Below the pieces are notes generated by a model, which searched no databases, had not been told where the DNA came from, and saw only the letters and a program-made list of their open reading frames with translations. A stretch of DNA of 64,000 nucleotides, taken from assembly GCA_027317865.1 (NCBI GenBank), contig DAHVQG010000004.1:32001-96000 (forward strand), written 5' to 3'. The translations under genes were made by a program, and so were the position numbers. Shown piece after piece: positions 10,547-20,159 of the stretch. The DNA comes from Bdellovibrionales bacterium. Its GTDB lineage: Bacteria; Bdellovibrionota; Bdellovibrionia; Bdellovibrionales; UBA1609. The first letter of the stretch is position 1, and the number at the start of each line of letters is the position of its first letter.

Positions 10547-11846
10547 TTCTAACCTCGGTGTCTTTTTGAGCCAATTGCGACCGCGACGGAGATGGCGCCC
10601 AGCCGGAAATTAAACGTAACCGCGCGATCACCTTCTCTAGAGTTTCTGTGAATTTGGCAATTTCGTCGTCAGTGGTTCCCCAGCCGAGACTCACACGAAG
10701 ACTGCCTTGCGCTTCACGCCGGCTCAAGCCCATGGCGACTAATACCGGACTCGGCTCCGGATTGCCGCTAGAGCAAGCCGCACCCGTGCTCACAGAAATC
10801 CCCTCAAGATCGAGATTCATCAATAAGCTTTCACCATCGACGCCTTCAATAACGAGACTTGAGGTATTCGGCAGCCTCACGACTGTCGTCTTCGGCAGCC
10901 TCACGACTGTCGTCTTCGGCAAACGCTTAGCTGCTGTGCTTGGATTGTTTACATAACCAGTCACCGAAATTCCTGGTACGCGCGATAAAAGATCTTGCTC
11001 AAACCGATCGCGTAACCCCTGCATGCGGTTCGCGTGGTCGGAAATACTATTTTTGTGCTCATGAGCTGCCCACCCAAAAGCGGTTATCGCCAATACATTT
11101 TCTGTTCCCGCACGACGTCCTCGCTCTTGGCCTCCGCCTAAAACAAGACCCGTTAACCGCTCGCCTTTTTTTGCAAAAATGAGCCCCACACCTTTGAGAG
11201 CATACATTTTGTGGGAGGCAAAAGTGGCGAAATCCACTCCCCACTCTGAAACATTCACGGGGATTTTTCCGAGCGTTTGAACCGCATCGGTGTGAAATCT
11301 TGCACCCACCGCATGCGCTTTCTGCGCCATTTCGGTAACCGGAAACAGCGTGCCCGTTTCGTTATTGGCGGCCATAACTGAGACTAATGCCGTTCGCTCT
11401 GACAAAACACGATTGTAAAATTCAAGGTCGATTCGACCATCGCGGGCGACGGGAATTTCGTGAACAATCCCACCACGATCACGAATCCATTTAAAACATT
11501 CCGCCACGCTCGGATGTTCAACCGTCGAGGTAATATACTCATTTCGGCCGGTGGAATCAGACTGCGCAAATACACCTTTAATGACGGCATTATTGCTTTC
11601 GCTCCCGCCGCTCGTAAATACCAGTTCAAGCGGGTGGCAACCGATTAAATCGGCAAGCCTCTTTCGCGCTTCTCGAATCAAATTTTTCGGGCCTCGACCC
11701 GACCAATGGATACTGGACGGATTTCCCCATCGTGATGCCCAATCCGGCAATTGTTCAACAATTGAACTCAGCAGCGGAGTTGTGGCGTTGTGATCAAGGT
11801 AAATCCGACCTTTATCTTTAAGGGATAAGCTCGGAGTGTCTTTCAT
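10539..11846 (-). CDS. iscS: Cysteine desulfurase (IscS/NifS class V aminotransferase)
   Basis: YLDHNATTP, GNPSS, TSGGSESNN, HTDAVQ, SHK, STGAACSSG; likely ATG start at 11846; adjacent to mnmA. Confidence 0.9.
   Translation of the reverse strand: MKDTPSLSLKDKGRIYLDHNATTPLLSSIVEQLPDWASRWGNPSSIHWSGRGPKNLIREARKRLADLIGCHPLELVFTSGGSESNNAVIKGVFAQSDSTGRNEYITSTVEHPSVAECFKWIRDRGGIVHEIPVARDGRIDLEFYNRVLSERTALVSVMAANNETGTLFPVTEMAQKAHAVGARFHTDAVQTLGKIPVNVSEWGVDFATFASHKMYALKGVGLIFAKKGERLTGLVLGGGQERGRRAGTENVLAITAFGWAAHEHKNSISDHANRMQGLRDRFEQDLLSRVPGISVTGYVNNPSTAAKRLPKTTVVRLPKTTVVRLPNTSSLVIEGVDGESLLMNLDLEGISVSTGAACSSGNPEPSPVLVAMGLSRREAQGSLRVSLGWGTTDDEIAKFTETLEKVIARLRLISGWAPSPSRSQLAQKDTEVRNV
10867..10921. repeat. 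24-bp tandem repeat (2.3 copies) inside iscS
   Basis: ttcggcagcctcacgactgtcgtc twice plus ttcggca; translates as RLPKTTVV RLPKTTVV RLPN. Confidence 0.95.
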
Positions 11847-11922
11847 ATTGAGCGACAACCTAGCACATTCGCGCCCTGGATGAAAGTACAGGTCAAGCTT
11901 AAGGGGCCACATTCCGATGTAA

Positions 11923-13116
11923 ATGTGGATGAAGACTGTTAAAGACTGGGTTTCGGGCCTAAAAATCTCAAGCGAAAAATACGAGTCCTGGCTGCGAGAA
12001 GCTCCAGCCGGTGAGTCTTTTACGTACTGGTGTTTGCAAACCGGCCGCTTAGACGAAGACGCCTATATAGAATGGGCGCGAGAATTTTACCATTTGCCGT
12101 CACTCAATTCCGAGTTCTTTGCAAGACCTCCCCGGCATGACTTGTGGCAATCTATTCAAAGCGTCGCCAATTGGTCGGCTTCTCTCATACCGATTGCCGA
12201 ATGGGATGGCGTTATTTACATCGTTTGCGTCGAGCCGTCACCGGAAACACGATGGAGCTTTCCGGTACAATATCTGCTCGCTCGTGCACACGACTTAAAA
12301 AATTTTTGGCAGGCCCTTGTGGTAATGGATGAACCAGTTTTCGCAGCCATTCCGCCGACACCGGACAAACAAACAACCGGAGCGCCGCCCATTGAACCGC
12401 CACCGCTCGGCGCCGACAACCCTGCCGGTTTAAATTTGGGAGCGATTAAAATTCAATCCGCGTCAAACGAGCGCGATTTTATGTCAGAACTTGAAACGGC
12501 GGTGAGCCCGAAGGCAGATAATTTAAAAACCGCGTCCCCGGAAGGTGAAAAAGAAGCTACCGCCGATGACGACGCCACAGTTGCCCCCGAAGGTTTTGTT
12601 TTAAATACCGTCGCGCCGCCAAAAATCGAATTTTCTTCGGCTCCAGCTGAAGGTGCGAAAGCTGAAGGAACGGCATCCGAAGTCACGCAAATTCACACGC
12701 AATTTCTTTCGAAAATGGTTACAAAATTTAGCGGAGCGATGATTATCGAGGTGTCAGGTGATCATTTTGTTCCTTCGATTTGGAATGAAAGCTTTCGCGC
12801 GGTCAACGATCGCGCCCGACAACCCTGGGATTTAAATACGGCAAGTGCTTTTCGCATCGCCTTTCGGACCGGCCAACCCTATCTCGGTCATGTCGTACCG
12901 ACTGAGTTGAATTCGGAATTTTTTAAAGCATGGGGCTTTGAAGACGCCCCGAAATCCATACTCGTGCAGCCCGTAAAAAATGCCGGCGATAAAGTTAGCC
13001 ATCTTTTGCTATTTCTTGCCGACGATCAAAAGCATTTTCATCAATTGCTGACTGATGCCGAAAAGTTAGCGGCTGAATTTTCAGAATCACCAACTATTCA
13101 AAAAAGTGCCGCTTAG
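11923..13116 (+). CDS. Hypothetical protein with Pro/Ala-rich linker and possible GAF-like C-terminus
   Basis: 397-aa ORF filling the gap between iscS and tsaE; the domain call is tentative. Confidence 0.6.
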   Translation: MWMKTVKDWVSGLKISSEKYESWLREAPAGESFTYWCLQTGRLDEDAYIEWAREFYHLPSLNSEFFARPPRHDLWQSIQSVANWSASLIPIAEWDGVIYIVCVEPSPETRWSFPVQYLLARAHDLKNFWQALVVMDEPVFAAIPPTPDKQTTGAPPIEPPPLGADNPAGLNLGAIKIQSASNERDFMSELETAVSPKADNLKTASPEGEKEATADDDATVAPEGFVLNTVAPPKIEFSSAPAEGAKAEGTASEVTQIHTQFLSKMVTKFSGAMIIEVSGDHFVPSIWNESFRAVNDRARQPWDLNTASAFRIAFRTGQPYLGHVVPTELNSEFFKAWGFEDAPKSILVQPVKNAGDKVSHLLLFLADDQKHFHQLLTDAEKLAAEFSESPTIQKSAA

Positions 13117-13607
13117 CAACTCGAACTTACCGAAATTTCACGCGCCCCCGATTTTAATTGCAATAAACGCACGTCAATGATGTGCCATCCTGGGACACAA
13201 AACTTTGAATTGTTTGACATCCTCCCCGAAGGTTGCAATTTTTCCGGCCATTCGATGAATACAAGCCCATTACTTGCCGTCAGAACATCCCATAAACCAA
13301 CCGTTTCTAACTCATCCTCGCTATTGACCCGGTAAAGATCAAAATGATCAATTCGCCGGTTTGTCCCCAAGTTATAAACCTGATGAATCGCAAACGTGGG
13401 GCTAGCCACTTCCGCTTCGTGACTGGACGTTTCGCGTGACATCTCCCGCGCTACGGTTTCAACAAGCTTTGTCTTACCGACACCGAGCTCCCCCGTTAAT
13501 AACACAACCGTGCGATTGCCAAAGCGCTCAATTAATGCGCGCGCCACGGGAATTAAGTCTTCTAAGGTGGAAACAATAAATTTATTCGAGCGCTCCGAAT
13601 CGTTCAT
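13113..13607 (-). CDS. tsaE: tRNA t6A biosynthesis ATPase TsaE
   Basis: GELGVGKT, SPTF, HFDLYR, FIEWP. Confidence 0.95.
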   Translation of the reverse strand: MNDSERSNKFIVSTLEDLIPVARALIERFGNRTVVLLTGELGVGKTKLVETVAREMSRETSSHEAEVASPTFAIHQVYNLGTNRRIDHFDLYRVNSEDELETVGLWDVLTASNGLVFIEWPEKLQPSGRMSNNSKFCVPGWHIIDVRLLQLKSGAREISVSSSC

Positions 13608-13700
13608 TTAGTTCATTGTAAGACTCTCCTAACAAAACCGCAATGCGGAGCATCCGTCTTCTTGATTGACGAAAGAATTGAGATAGTTACAAATTGATTT

Positions 13701-14708
13701 ATTAAAACAAGAAGATTCACTTTTCTTTTTAAAATCGTACTGGCAGGCGGAATCCTTTTCTGGCTTGCACGCTCGCATTATTTGAATATCGCGGATCTCA
13801 AAAGAGCGCTCAACCCTATTTTTTTGCCTTTGGCGATCTTCGGTGAGTTCGCGATGTTTTTGTGTGCTGCCGAACGCTTTCGCAATCTTTTAAAGGCGCA
13901 AGGGGTCCTGCTCACTTTTCGTCATAATTTCGAGATTTTTTTTATCGGCCAATTTTTTAATTTTGTTCTGCCGGGCGGCGTTGGGGGCGACGCGGTCAAA
14001 GCGTTCTACATTCACAAAGACGTCGGTGAGCTGGCCGAAACATCTCCGTACACTGTATTGTTTGATCGCCTAATTGGATTTTTCGTGCTTTCATCAATGG
14101 CGGTGCTCGTCGTGATTTTTCATTGGTCACAGTTTCAAATGCGCCCCCAATTGCGTGCGCTTTCGTATATTGTGATTTGCGAGTTTTCACTACTCACTTC
14201 GATAATGGCCACTGGTTACTTCCGCCGCTCACGGGAGATGTTATTGCACCTTGCACCTAAAAAATTTAATCACCTACATAAATTTACTTCTAAGATAGTG
14301 AAGTCATTTGAATTTTACGCGGCTAATCCGAAATATGTTTTGCGTGGGCTTGCGTGGGGTATTTGCATGCAAACTTTTTCGGTTTTGGCGCTTGCTGCAG
14401 TCGGAGCCGCCGTACACATTGAAACGGTTCCGCTCAGTGCTTATTTTTTCATCGGACCTCTCGGATTTATGTTGGCATCTCTACCGATTTCTCCGGGCGG
14501 TATAGGCGTTGGACAGGCCGGATTTTATTTCTTTTTCAACGCTTATTTGGGCCATCGCTCTTCGCTCGGACCGATTGCCATAACCGTGGTTCAAATAATT
14601 ACTCTCGCTTGGTCAATGATTGGTTTATACTTTTATTTTGCCCGACGCGGCGGCATAGCAAAACCGCTTACAGCGTCGCCGCAATCGCCAAAAAATCTTT
14701 CGGTTTGA
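13701..14708 (+). CDS. Lysylphosphatidylglycerol synthase TM / UPF0104 flippase-like membrane protein
   Basis: FFNFVLPGGVGGDAVKA, DRLIG, LPISPGGIGVGQ. Start uncertain (TTG 13782 or ATT 13701). Confidence 0.85.
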   Translation: MKTRRFTFLFKIVLAGGILFWLARSHYLNIADLKRALNPIFLPLAIFGEFAMFLCAAERFRNLLKAQGVLLTFRHNFEIFFIGQFFNFVLPGGVGGDAVKAFYIHKDVGELAETSPYTVLFDRLIGFFVLSSMAVLVVIFHWSQFQMRPQLRALSYIVICEFSLLTSIMATGYFRRSREMLLHLAPKKFNHLHKFTSKIVKSFEFYAANPKYVLRGLAWGICMQTFSVLALAAVGAAVHIETVPLSAYFFIGPLGFMLASLPISPGGIGVGQAGFYFFFNAYLGHRSSLGPIAITVVQIITLAWSMIGLYFYFARRGGIAKPLTASPQSPKNLSV

Positions 14709-15459
14709 GGCTCGCTCCCCCGACTAGAAAGCCGTCGATGTTGGCTTGTGATGCGAGTTCTCGGGCGTTTTCGGGCTTAACACTACCACCGTAAAGGATC
14801 GGAATTTCATGAGCTCGCTTCTTACCAAGCAACGTTTCGAGTTCGGTACGAATTTCGGCGTGCATATCACTCGCCTGAGCTGGAGTCGCTACTTTGCCCG
14901 TTCCAATTGCCCATACGGGTTCGTAAGCGATTGTAAATCGACGGGATTGAGCAAAGTCACCAATTATGAGTTCAAGTCCGCCGCGCAGTTGACGTCCAAC
15001 AATGTCTTTTGTTTGGTTTGATTCTCGTTCAGCTAAAGATTCCCCCACGCATAGTATCGGCATTAAATCGGCCGACATCGACGCCTTTACTTTTTTAGCG
15101 ATTGCCTCGTCGGTTTCACCGAACAACGTCCGTCGCTCGCTGTGGCCAATAAGCGCTACCTCTGCCCCGAGCGCACGCACCGCCTGTGGAGAAATTTCGC
15201 CCGTAAATGCGCCGCTATTAACAAAATAGATATTCTGTGGGCCAATTTGAAATCCATTTTTAACGGCAAACTCTACTGCCACCGGTAAATCATAGGCCGG
15301 CGTAAAAAATACGACATCGCAGTTAAGAGGTGCGGTTTGCTCCGGTGTTTGTCTCGCCTGTTGTATCGTCCCGACCAATTCGCTCCACTCGACAAAATAG
15401 CGGCGGGCTTCGTCAGGTGAAAAATTTAATTTCCAGTTCGCCGCACAGATCTTTCTCAT
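14668..15459 (-). CDS. tpiA: Triosephosphate isomerase
   Basis: ANWKLN, GAFTGEIS, IGHSERR, AYEPVWAIGTG, LYGGSVK, LVGGASL. Confidence 0.98.
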   Translation of the reverse strand: MRKICAANWKLNFSPDEARRYFVEWSELVGTIQQARQTPEQTAPLNCDVVFFTPAYDLPVAVEFAVKNGFQIGPQNIYFVNSGAFTGEISPQAVRALGAEVALIGHSERRTLFGETDEAIAKKVKASMSADLMPILCVGESLAERESNQTKDIVGRQLRGGLELIIGDFAQSRRFTIAYEPVWAIGTGKVATPAQASDMHAEIRTELETLLGKKRAHEIPILYGGSVKPENARELASQANIDGFLVGGASLKPKDFLAIAATL

Positions 15460-15475
15460 AGAAATGGTCAACCTA

Positions 15476-15530
15476 CTATTTTCTCAAAGCTTCTATTTTC
15501 TCAAAGCCTCTATTTTCTCAAAGCCTCTAT
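15476..15530. repeat. 17-bp tandem repeat (3 copies) spanning the pgk stop codon
   Basis: ctattttctcaaagc(t/c)t three times, then ctat. Confidence 0.95.
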
Positions 15531-16739
15531 GCCGGGGAGTTTATCGCCTTGCAAAAATTCAAGGCTCGCACCGCCGCCCGTAGAAATGTGGGTGACTTGA
15601 TCCGCATATCCCGATGCTTTTATGGCTGCAGCCGAATCGCCGCCCCCGACAACGGTCGTGGCGTGTGGAATTTCAGTCAGCGCTTTGGCTACGGCAAATG
15701 TTCCGTCGGCAAACGCGCGCGTTTCAAAGACACCCATGGGGCCGTTCCAAAAAACTGTTTTCGCATTTTGAAGTTCGCGCCGAAACAATTCAACCGTTTT
15801 AGGACCGATATCGACTCCCAGCCAACCGCTAGGAATCGCCGGCGTGGCTGTTGTTTTTAAATCAGACGCCGAATCGATTTTTGTCACAATCTTGTGATCG
15901 ACCGGCAACACAATTTTCTTATCGCGGGCTTTTACGCGCTCGAAAAGATCGCCCGCGTATTTGACTTTGTCCTTTTCAACAAGCGATGACCCAACCGCAA
16001 CCTTTTGTGCCGCTAAAAACGTGTAAGCCATGGCACCGCCGATGAGAAACACGTCCACCTTGTCGATCAAATTTTCGATAACGCCAATCTTGTCGCTGAC
16101 TTTCGCGCCGCCGAGAATCGTAATAAACGGCGACTCGGGCGCAACCATGATTTTATCGAGCATCTCGATTTCTTTCTTCATTAAAAATCCGATGCCCTTT
16201 TGTTTTACTTTGGTCGGCATACCAACGATCGTCGCGTGTGCGCGGTGACTCGCGCCAAACGCATCGTTGATGTAGATATCGGTATAGGTGCAAATCGCAT
16301 CTGCCAATTCTTCGCCGTTTTTCGTTTCGTCTTTGTTAAAACGCAAATTTTCAAGCAAAATCATCTGATTCTTTTTCAAGGATCGAAGCAGCGCACTCGG
16401 TGCCTCACTTTCAGGTTCTTCAACGAGAATGACCTCGATATTCAAAAGCTCCTGAAGTTTTTTGGCTACCGGCTCAAGCGAATACTTAGCCAAACTTTCG
16501 TCAGTTGGCGTGCCTTCAGAATTCAGCTCGGGCCTGCCTAAATGCGAAGCAACGACGAGTTTTGCACCGTGTTCGAGAGCATAGCGAATGGTCGGTAACG
16601 CCGCATCGATACGAGTGGTGTCGGTGATCGTGCCGTTTTTAATCGGTACATTCAGATCGAGGCGCAAAAATACGCGTTGATCTTTAAGATCGAAATCTTC
16701 AATAGATCGTATTCCCGCCAGTGTGCTTTTTGCGCTCAT
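15510..16739 (-). CDS. pgk: Phosphoglycerate kinase
   Basis: [57 protein letters not shown]. Confidence 0.98.
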   Translation of the reverse strand: MSAKSTLAGIRSIEDFDLKDQRVFLRLDLNVPIKNGTITDTTRIDAALPTIRYALEHGAKLVVASHLGRPELNSEGTPTDESLAKYSLEPVAKKLQELLNIEVILVEEPESEAPSALLRSLKKNQMILLENLRFNKDETKNGEELADAICTYTDIYINDAFGASHRAHATIVGMPTKVKQKGIGFLMKKEIEMLDKIMVAPESPFITILGGAKVSDKIGVIENLIDKVDVFLIGGAMAYTFLAAQKVAVGSSLVEKDKVKYAGDLFERVKARDKKIVLPVDHKIVTKIDSASDLKTTATPAIPSGWLGVDIGPKTVELFRRELQNAKTVFWNGPMGVFETRAFADGTFAVAKALTEIPHATTVVGGGDSAAAIKASGYADQVTHISTGGGASLEFLQGDKLPGIEALRK

Positions 16740-16751
16740 TTTGACCTCCAA

Positions 16752-17756
16752 CTACACGCCGCGACTTTGCAGATAAAGCGCAAGGTCCACCATGCGAAGC
16801 GAAAAACCAAATTCGTTGTCATACCACGAATAAACTTTTACAAGACGCGGGCCCATCGTCATGGTGCTTTCAATGTCGACGATGGAGCTATACGGATTAC
16901 CAATAAAATCGCAGCTCACAAGCGGAGCCTCTTCATAACTCAATATGCCTTTGAGCGAGCCGTGTGCTGCTTCTTTCAAAGCCGAGTTAACCGCCTCAAC
17001 TGTCACATCTTTTTTAGTTTGTGCAACAAGGTCAATCAAACTCACATCGGGTGTCGGCACGCGCACCGATATTCCATTGAGCTTACCGTTGAGTTCGGGG
17101 AGCACAAGGCCAACCGCTTTTGCGGCCCCTGTTGTTGTCGGTATCATTGACACGGCAGCCGCTCGCGCGCGTCTTAAATCTTTGTGAGGAGCATCGAGGG
17201 TGTGTTGATCGTTCGTGTAAGAATGAACCGTTGTCATGAGCCCGTATTCAATTCCAAACGCATCGTGAATGACTTTGGCCACAGGAGCCAAACAATTTGT
17301 TGTACAGGAAGCGTTACTCAGTACTGTATGCTTTTTCGGATCGTATTGTTCATGGTTTACGCCGTAAACAACCGTCAGATCCGCACCTTTTGCGGGAGCC
17401 GATACAATCACACGCTTAGCACCGGCCTGAACGTGCTTCATGGCATCTTCTTTGCCTGTGAATTTACCCGTGCACTCGAGAACGACGTCGACGCCCAATT
17501 CTTTCCACGGCAGTTCGGTCGGATCTTTAATTTTCGTGTACCGAATTTTTTTACCGGCGACGATCAAGTTCGATTCTTCGGCCTTCACATCAGCCGGAAA
17601 AATGCCGTGCGTGCTATCGTATTTCAAAAGATGGGCAGAAGTTTTTGCTTCTCCGAGATCGTTAATCGCGACGATGTCGAGTTTTTCAAATCCCGCTCGA
17701 AAAAGTATGCGGCCAATGCGGCCGAATCCGTTAATTGCCACTTTGAGTTTTGCCAC
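16752..17756 (-). CDS. gap: Glyceraldehyde-3-phosphate dehydrogenase type I
   Basis: INGFGRIGR, ASCTTNCL, PTTTGAAKA, WYDNE. Confidence 0.98.
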   Translation of the reverse strand: MAKLKVAINGFGRIGRILFRAGFEKLDIVAINDLGEAKTSAHLLKYDSTHGIFPADVKAEESNLIVAGKKIRYTKIKDPTELPWKELGVDVVLECTGKFTGKEDAMKHVQAGAKRVIVSAPAKGADLTVVYGVNHEQYDPKKHTVLSNASCTTNCLAPVAKVIHDAFGIEYGLMTTVHSYTNDQHTLDAPHKDLRRARAAAVSMIPTTTGAAKAVGLVLPELNGKLNGISVRVPTPDVSLIDLVAQTKKDVTVEAVNSALKEAAHGSLKGILSYEEAPLVSCDFIGNPYSSIVDIESTMTMGPRLVKVYSWYDNEFGFSLRMVDLALYLQSRGV

Positions 17757-17812
17757 TGATAGCTCCTTTCAGTCGCCATTAAATGACTTTTTGAAATCGC
17801 GCCAACAATACA

Positions 17813-18577
17813 TCAATTTAACTTAGCAAACAACCGGTGCGCGTTTTCATTTGTCGCGCGCGCGAGATCGTCAATCGTCACGGTTTTTAATTCGGCCACT
17901 ACTTGCGCTGTATGTACGAGAAATGCCGGTTCATTTTTCTTACCCCGATGCGGCACAGGAGCTAAAAATGGAGCATCTGTTTCAAGGTGTAAACGATCTA
18001 AGGGGATCGACTTCACGACGGTGCGCAAGGCATCGGCATTTTTAAACGTCACGACACCACTGATCGAAATGTTATAACCGTGCGCCAGACCTTGGTCCGC
18101 CAGCCACTGCGATCCTGTAAAACAGTGGAGCAGGCCGCGCACACGACCGTCGAACTCCTTTATAATTTCAACCGTATCGGTTTCGGCGTCGCGGGTGTGA
18201 ATTTCGACCGGCAAACCGAATTCAGCGGCGAGCGCCATTTGTTTTCGAAACACGGTCTTTTGTACATCGTGCTCCGAATGTGAGTAATAATAATCAAGAC
18301 CGATTTCACCCACCCCCACAATCCGGTCGTCGCGCAAATGTTGGCGCATATACACTTCATCTTGTTCCGTCCAGTCTTTGGCTTCGTGTGGATGAACGCC
18401 GAGGGTACCAAAGACCCACGGTTTAAGGCGCTCGGCCATATCGACAACTCGGGGATGGTCGTCGCGGCCTGTGCCGATTGTTATCATGCGCTCAATTCCG
18501 GCTTCGCGCGCCGCCGCCAAAACGGATTGCTCATCACGCTCCAGCATGTTGATGTGAGTGTGAACGTCGATCCACAT
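17813..18577 (-). CDS. tatD: TatD-family hydrolase/DNase
   Basis: IDVHTH, GVHPH, GEIGLDY, IHTRDA, HCFTG, LETDAPFL; start at MWIDVH. Confidence 0.92.
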   Translation of the reverse strand: MWIDVHTHINMLERDEQSVLAAAREAGIERMITIGTGRDDHPRVVDMAERLKPWVFGTLGVHPHEAKDWTEQDEVYMRQHLRDDRIVGVGEIGLDYYYSHSEHDVQKTVFRKQMALAAEFGLPVEIHTRDAETDTVEIIKEFDGRVRGLLHCFTGSQWLADQGLAHGYNISISGVVTFKNADALRTVVKSIPLDRLHLETDAPFLAPVPHRGKKNEPAFLVHTAQVVAELKTVTIDDLARATNENAHRLFAKLN

Positions 18578-18584
18578 TGCTTTG

Positions 18585-19496
18585 TTAACTCCCGGCGTTT
18601 TGATAAACCAAATTCTCAAGGGTTAAATTGACATCACAGTTTGATTGCAAATCGCGCTCCGCTTGCAGAATCGCGCGGCTTGCAAGCCCCAGCTTTTCAA
18701 AAGGGTACGCGCTCAAAACCTGCAACTGTTCGAGCAAATCGGAATTTAGCGACTCATTTTGCGTCGCCGCCGGCGCCTTCGTAACCCCAGCGGCCGATTT
18801 CAAAACCCAACTGTCGCGAATAAATTCCAGCCAAAGTTTAATATACAATAACGCCGTTTCGCGGTCGCCCGCCTGTTCACGAAGTTGCGCAACGGCATCA
18901 ACACGCCCTGAACCCAACATTTCAACCAAGACCTGAACGGCGCGGGTACGTATTTCGACATCTACGTCTTCGCCGCCAATAGCCGAGCGCTCCTCTCGAG
19001 TGAGCGAACCGAATCGCACAATCTGACTGCGGGAGCGAAGGGTGCCCAAAACTGAATCGCGGCTAGGAGCAATGAAGATGAAGTGCGTTCGCGGCGGAGG
19101 CTCTTCAACGGATTTAAGAAGTGCATTGGCCGCCTGTGCGGTCAATTTTTCTGCGTCATCGATTAGGACGACACGGCCGCGGCCAAGCGCCGTCAAACTT
19201 AAATCATTTACAATTTGCCGTGCCGACTCGATTTTAATCGTCGGCCCCTGTGGCTCCAATAAAATCAAACCTTCGCTTTGACGCCGGGCCACACGTTGAC
19301 ATGAAGGGCAATTCCCACAGGCCGCTCGCGAGCGTTCGCACAAAAAAGCTTGAGCGACCCCTAGAGCCACAAGTTTTTTACCTTGCTTTTGGGGGCCAAC
19401 AAATAACCAACTTGGCGGAAGCCGTTCCTGTTCAACAGTTCGCAAAAGTTTTTCGATGGCGACACGATGGCCAACGACCTGATCTAAAATTCTCAC
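18585..19496 (-). CDS. holB: DNA polymerase III subunit delta'
   Basis: C...ACGNCPSC zinc motif, AANALLKSVEEPP, TLRSR; tmk-holB-tatD synteny. Confidence 0.88.
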   Translation of the reverse strand: MRILDQVVGHRVAIEKLLRTVEQERLPPSWLFVGPQKQGKKLVALGVAQAFLCERSRAACGNCPSCQRVARRQSEGLILLEPQGPTIKIESARQIVNDLSLTALGRGRVVLIDDAEKLTAQAANALLKSVEEPPPRTHFIFIAPSRDSVLGTLRSRSQIVRFGSLTREERSAIGGEDVDVEIRTRAVQVLVEMLGSGRVDAVAQLREQAGDRETALLYIKLWLEFIRDSWVLKSAAGVTKAPAATQNESLNSDLLEQLQVLSAYPFEKLGLASRAILQAERDLQSNCDVNLTLENLVYQNAGS

Positions 19497-20110
19497 GACC
19501 ACCACCCGCGTTTTTGGAGCTCCTCAATTAACCGGTCGCGAATCTGCGGCATCGGCAGGCCGGCATTTAGCACGAGCCAATCGTCCGCATTTTCGCGCGC
19601 CAACGCGAGGTACCCGGCACGCACTCGTTCGTGAAAATCACGAGCTTCACGTTCAAAACGATCGAGTTCGCGGTTGGCGATTCGCTCTTGCGCTTCTACT
19701 GTGCTCAAATCAAGGAGTACCCATAAATCGGGCTTCACGTGGGCCGTTGCAAAATCATTCAACCAATCAATATCATGCCGAGCGAGGGTGCGACCTCCAG
19801 CTTGAAAGGCAATTGACGACGCTGTAAAGCGGTCACACAACACCCAGGATTTATTGGCGATCGCCGGCCGAATGACACGCTCAACGTGCTGTGCCCGCGC
19901 GGCTTCGTACAAAAGAAGTTCGGCGCGCGGCACGGGAGCATCACCACTCGTGCGCAAAAGCAAATGACGAATCTCGTCGCCTAACGGCGTCCCGCCAGGT
20001 TCGCGCGTCACGACAACCGTCTGGCCCTTGGTCGTTAACTGCGATTTGAGCTCTTGTATGAGCGTTGATTTGCCGGAACCATCCAGCCCCTCAAAAGCTA
20101 AAAACTTCAT
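19493..20110 (-). CDS. tmk: Thymidylate kinase
   Basis: FEGLDGSGKST, TREPGGT, LCDRF. Confidence 0.97.
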   Translation of the reverse strand: MKFLAFEGLDGSGKSTLIQELKSQLTTKGQTVVVTREPGGTPLGDEIRHLLLRTSGDAPVPRAELLLYEAARAQHVERVIRPAIANKSWVLCDRFTASSIAFQAGGRTLARHDIDWLNDFATAHVKPDLWVLLDLSTVEAQERIANRELDRFEREARDFHERVRAGYLALARENADDWLVLNAGLPMPQIRDRLIEELQKRGWWS

Positions 20111-20159
20111 AAACTTGTTCTACTCAAACCACGGCTCATTTCAACCGATAATAGGCTGT

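Noticed and set aside
10867-15530. CRISPR array from the short repeats
   Set aside because: Both repeats are head-to-tail without spacers, and there are no cas genes.
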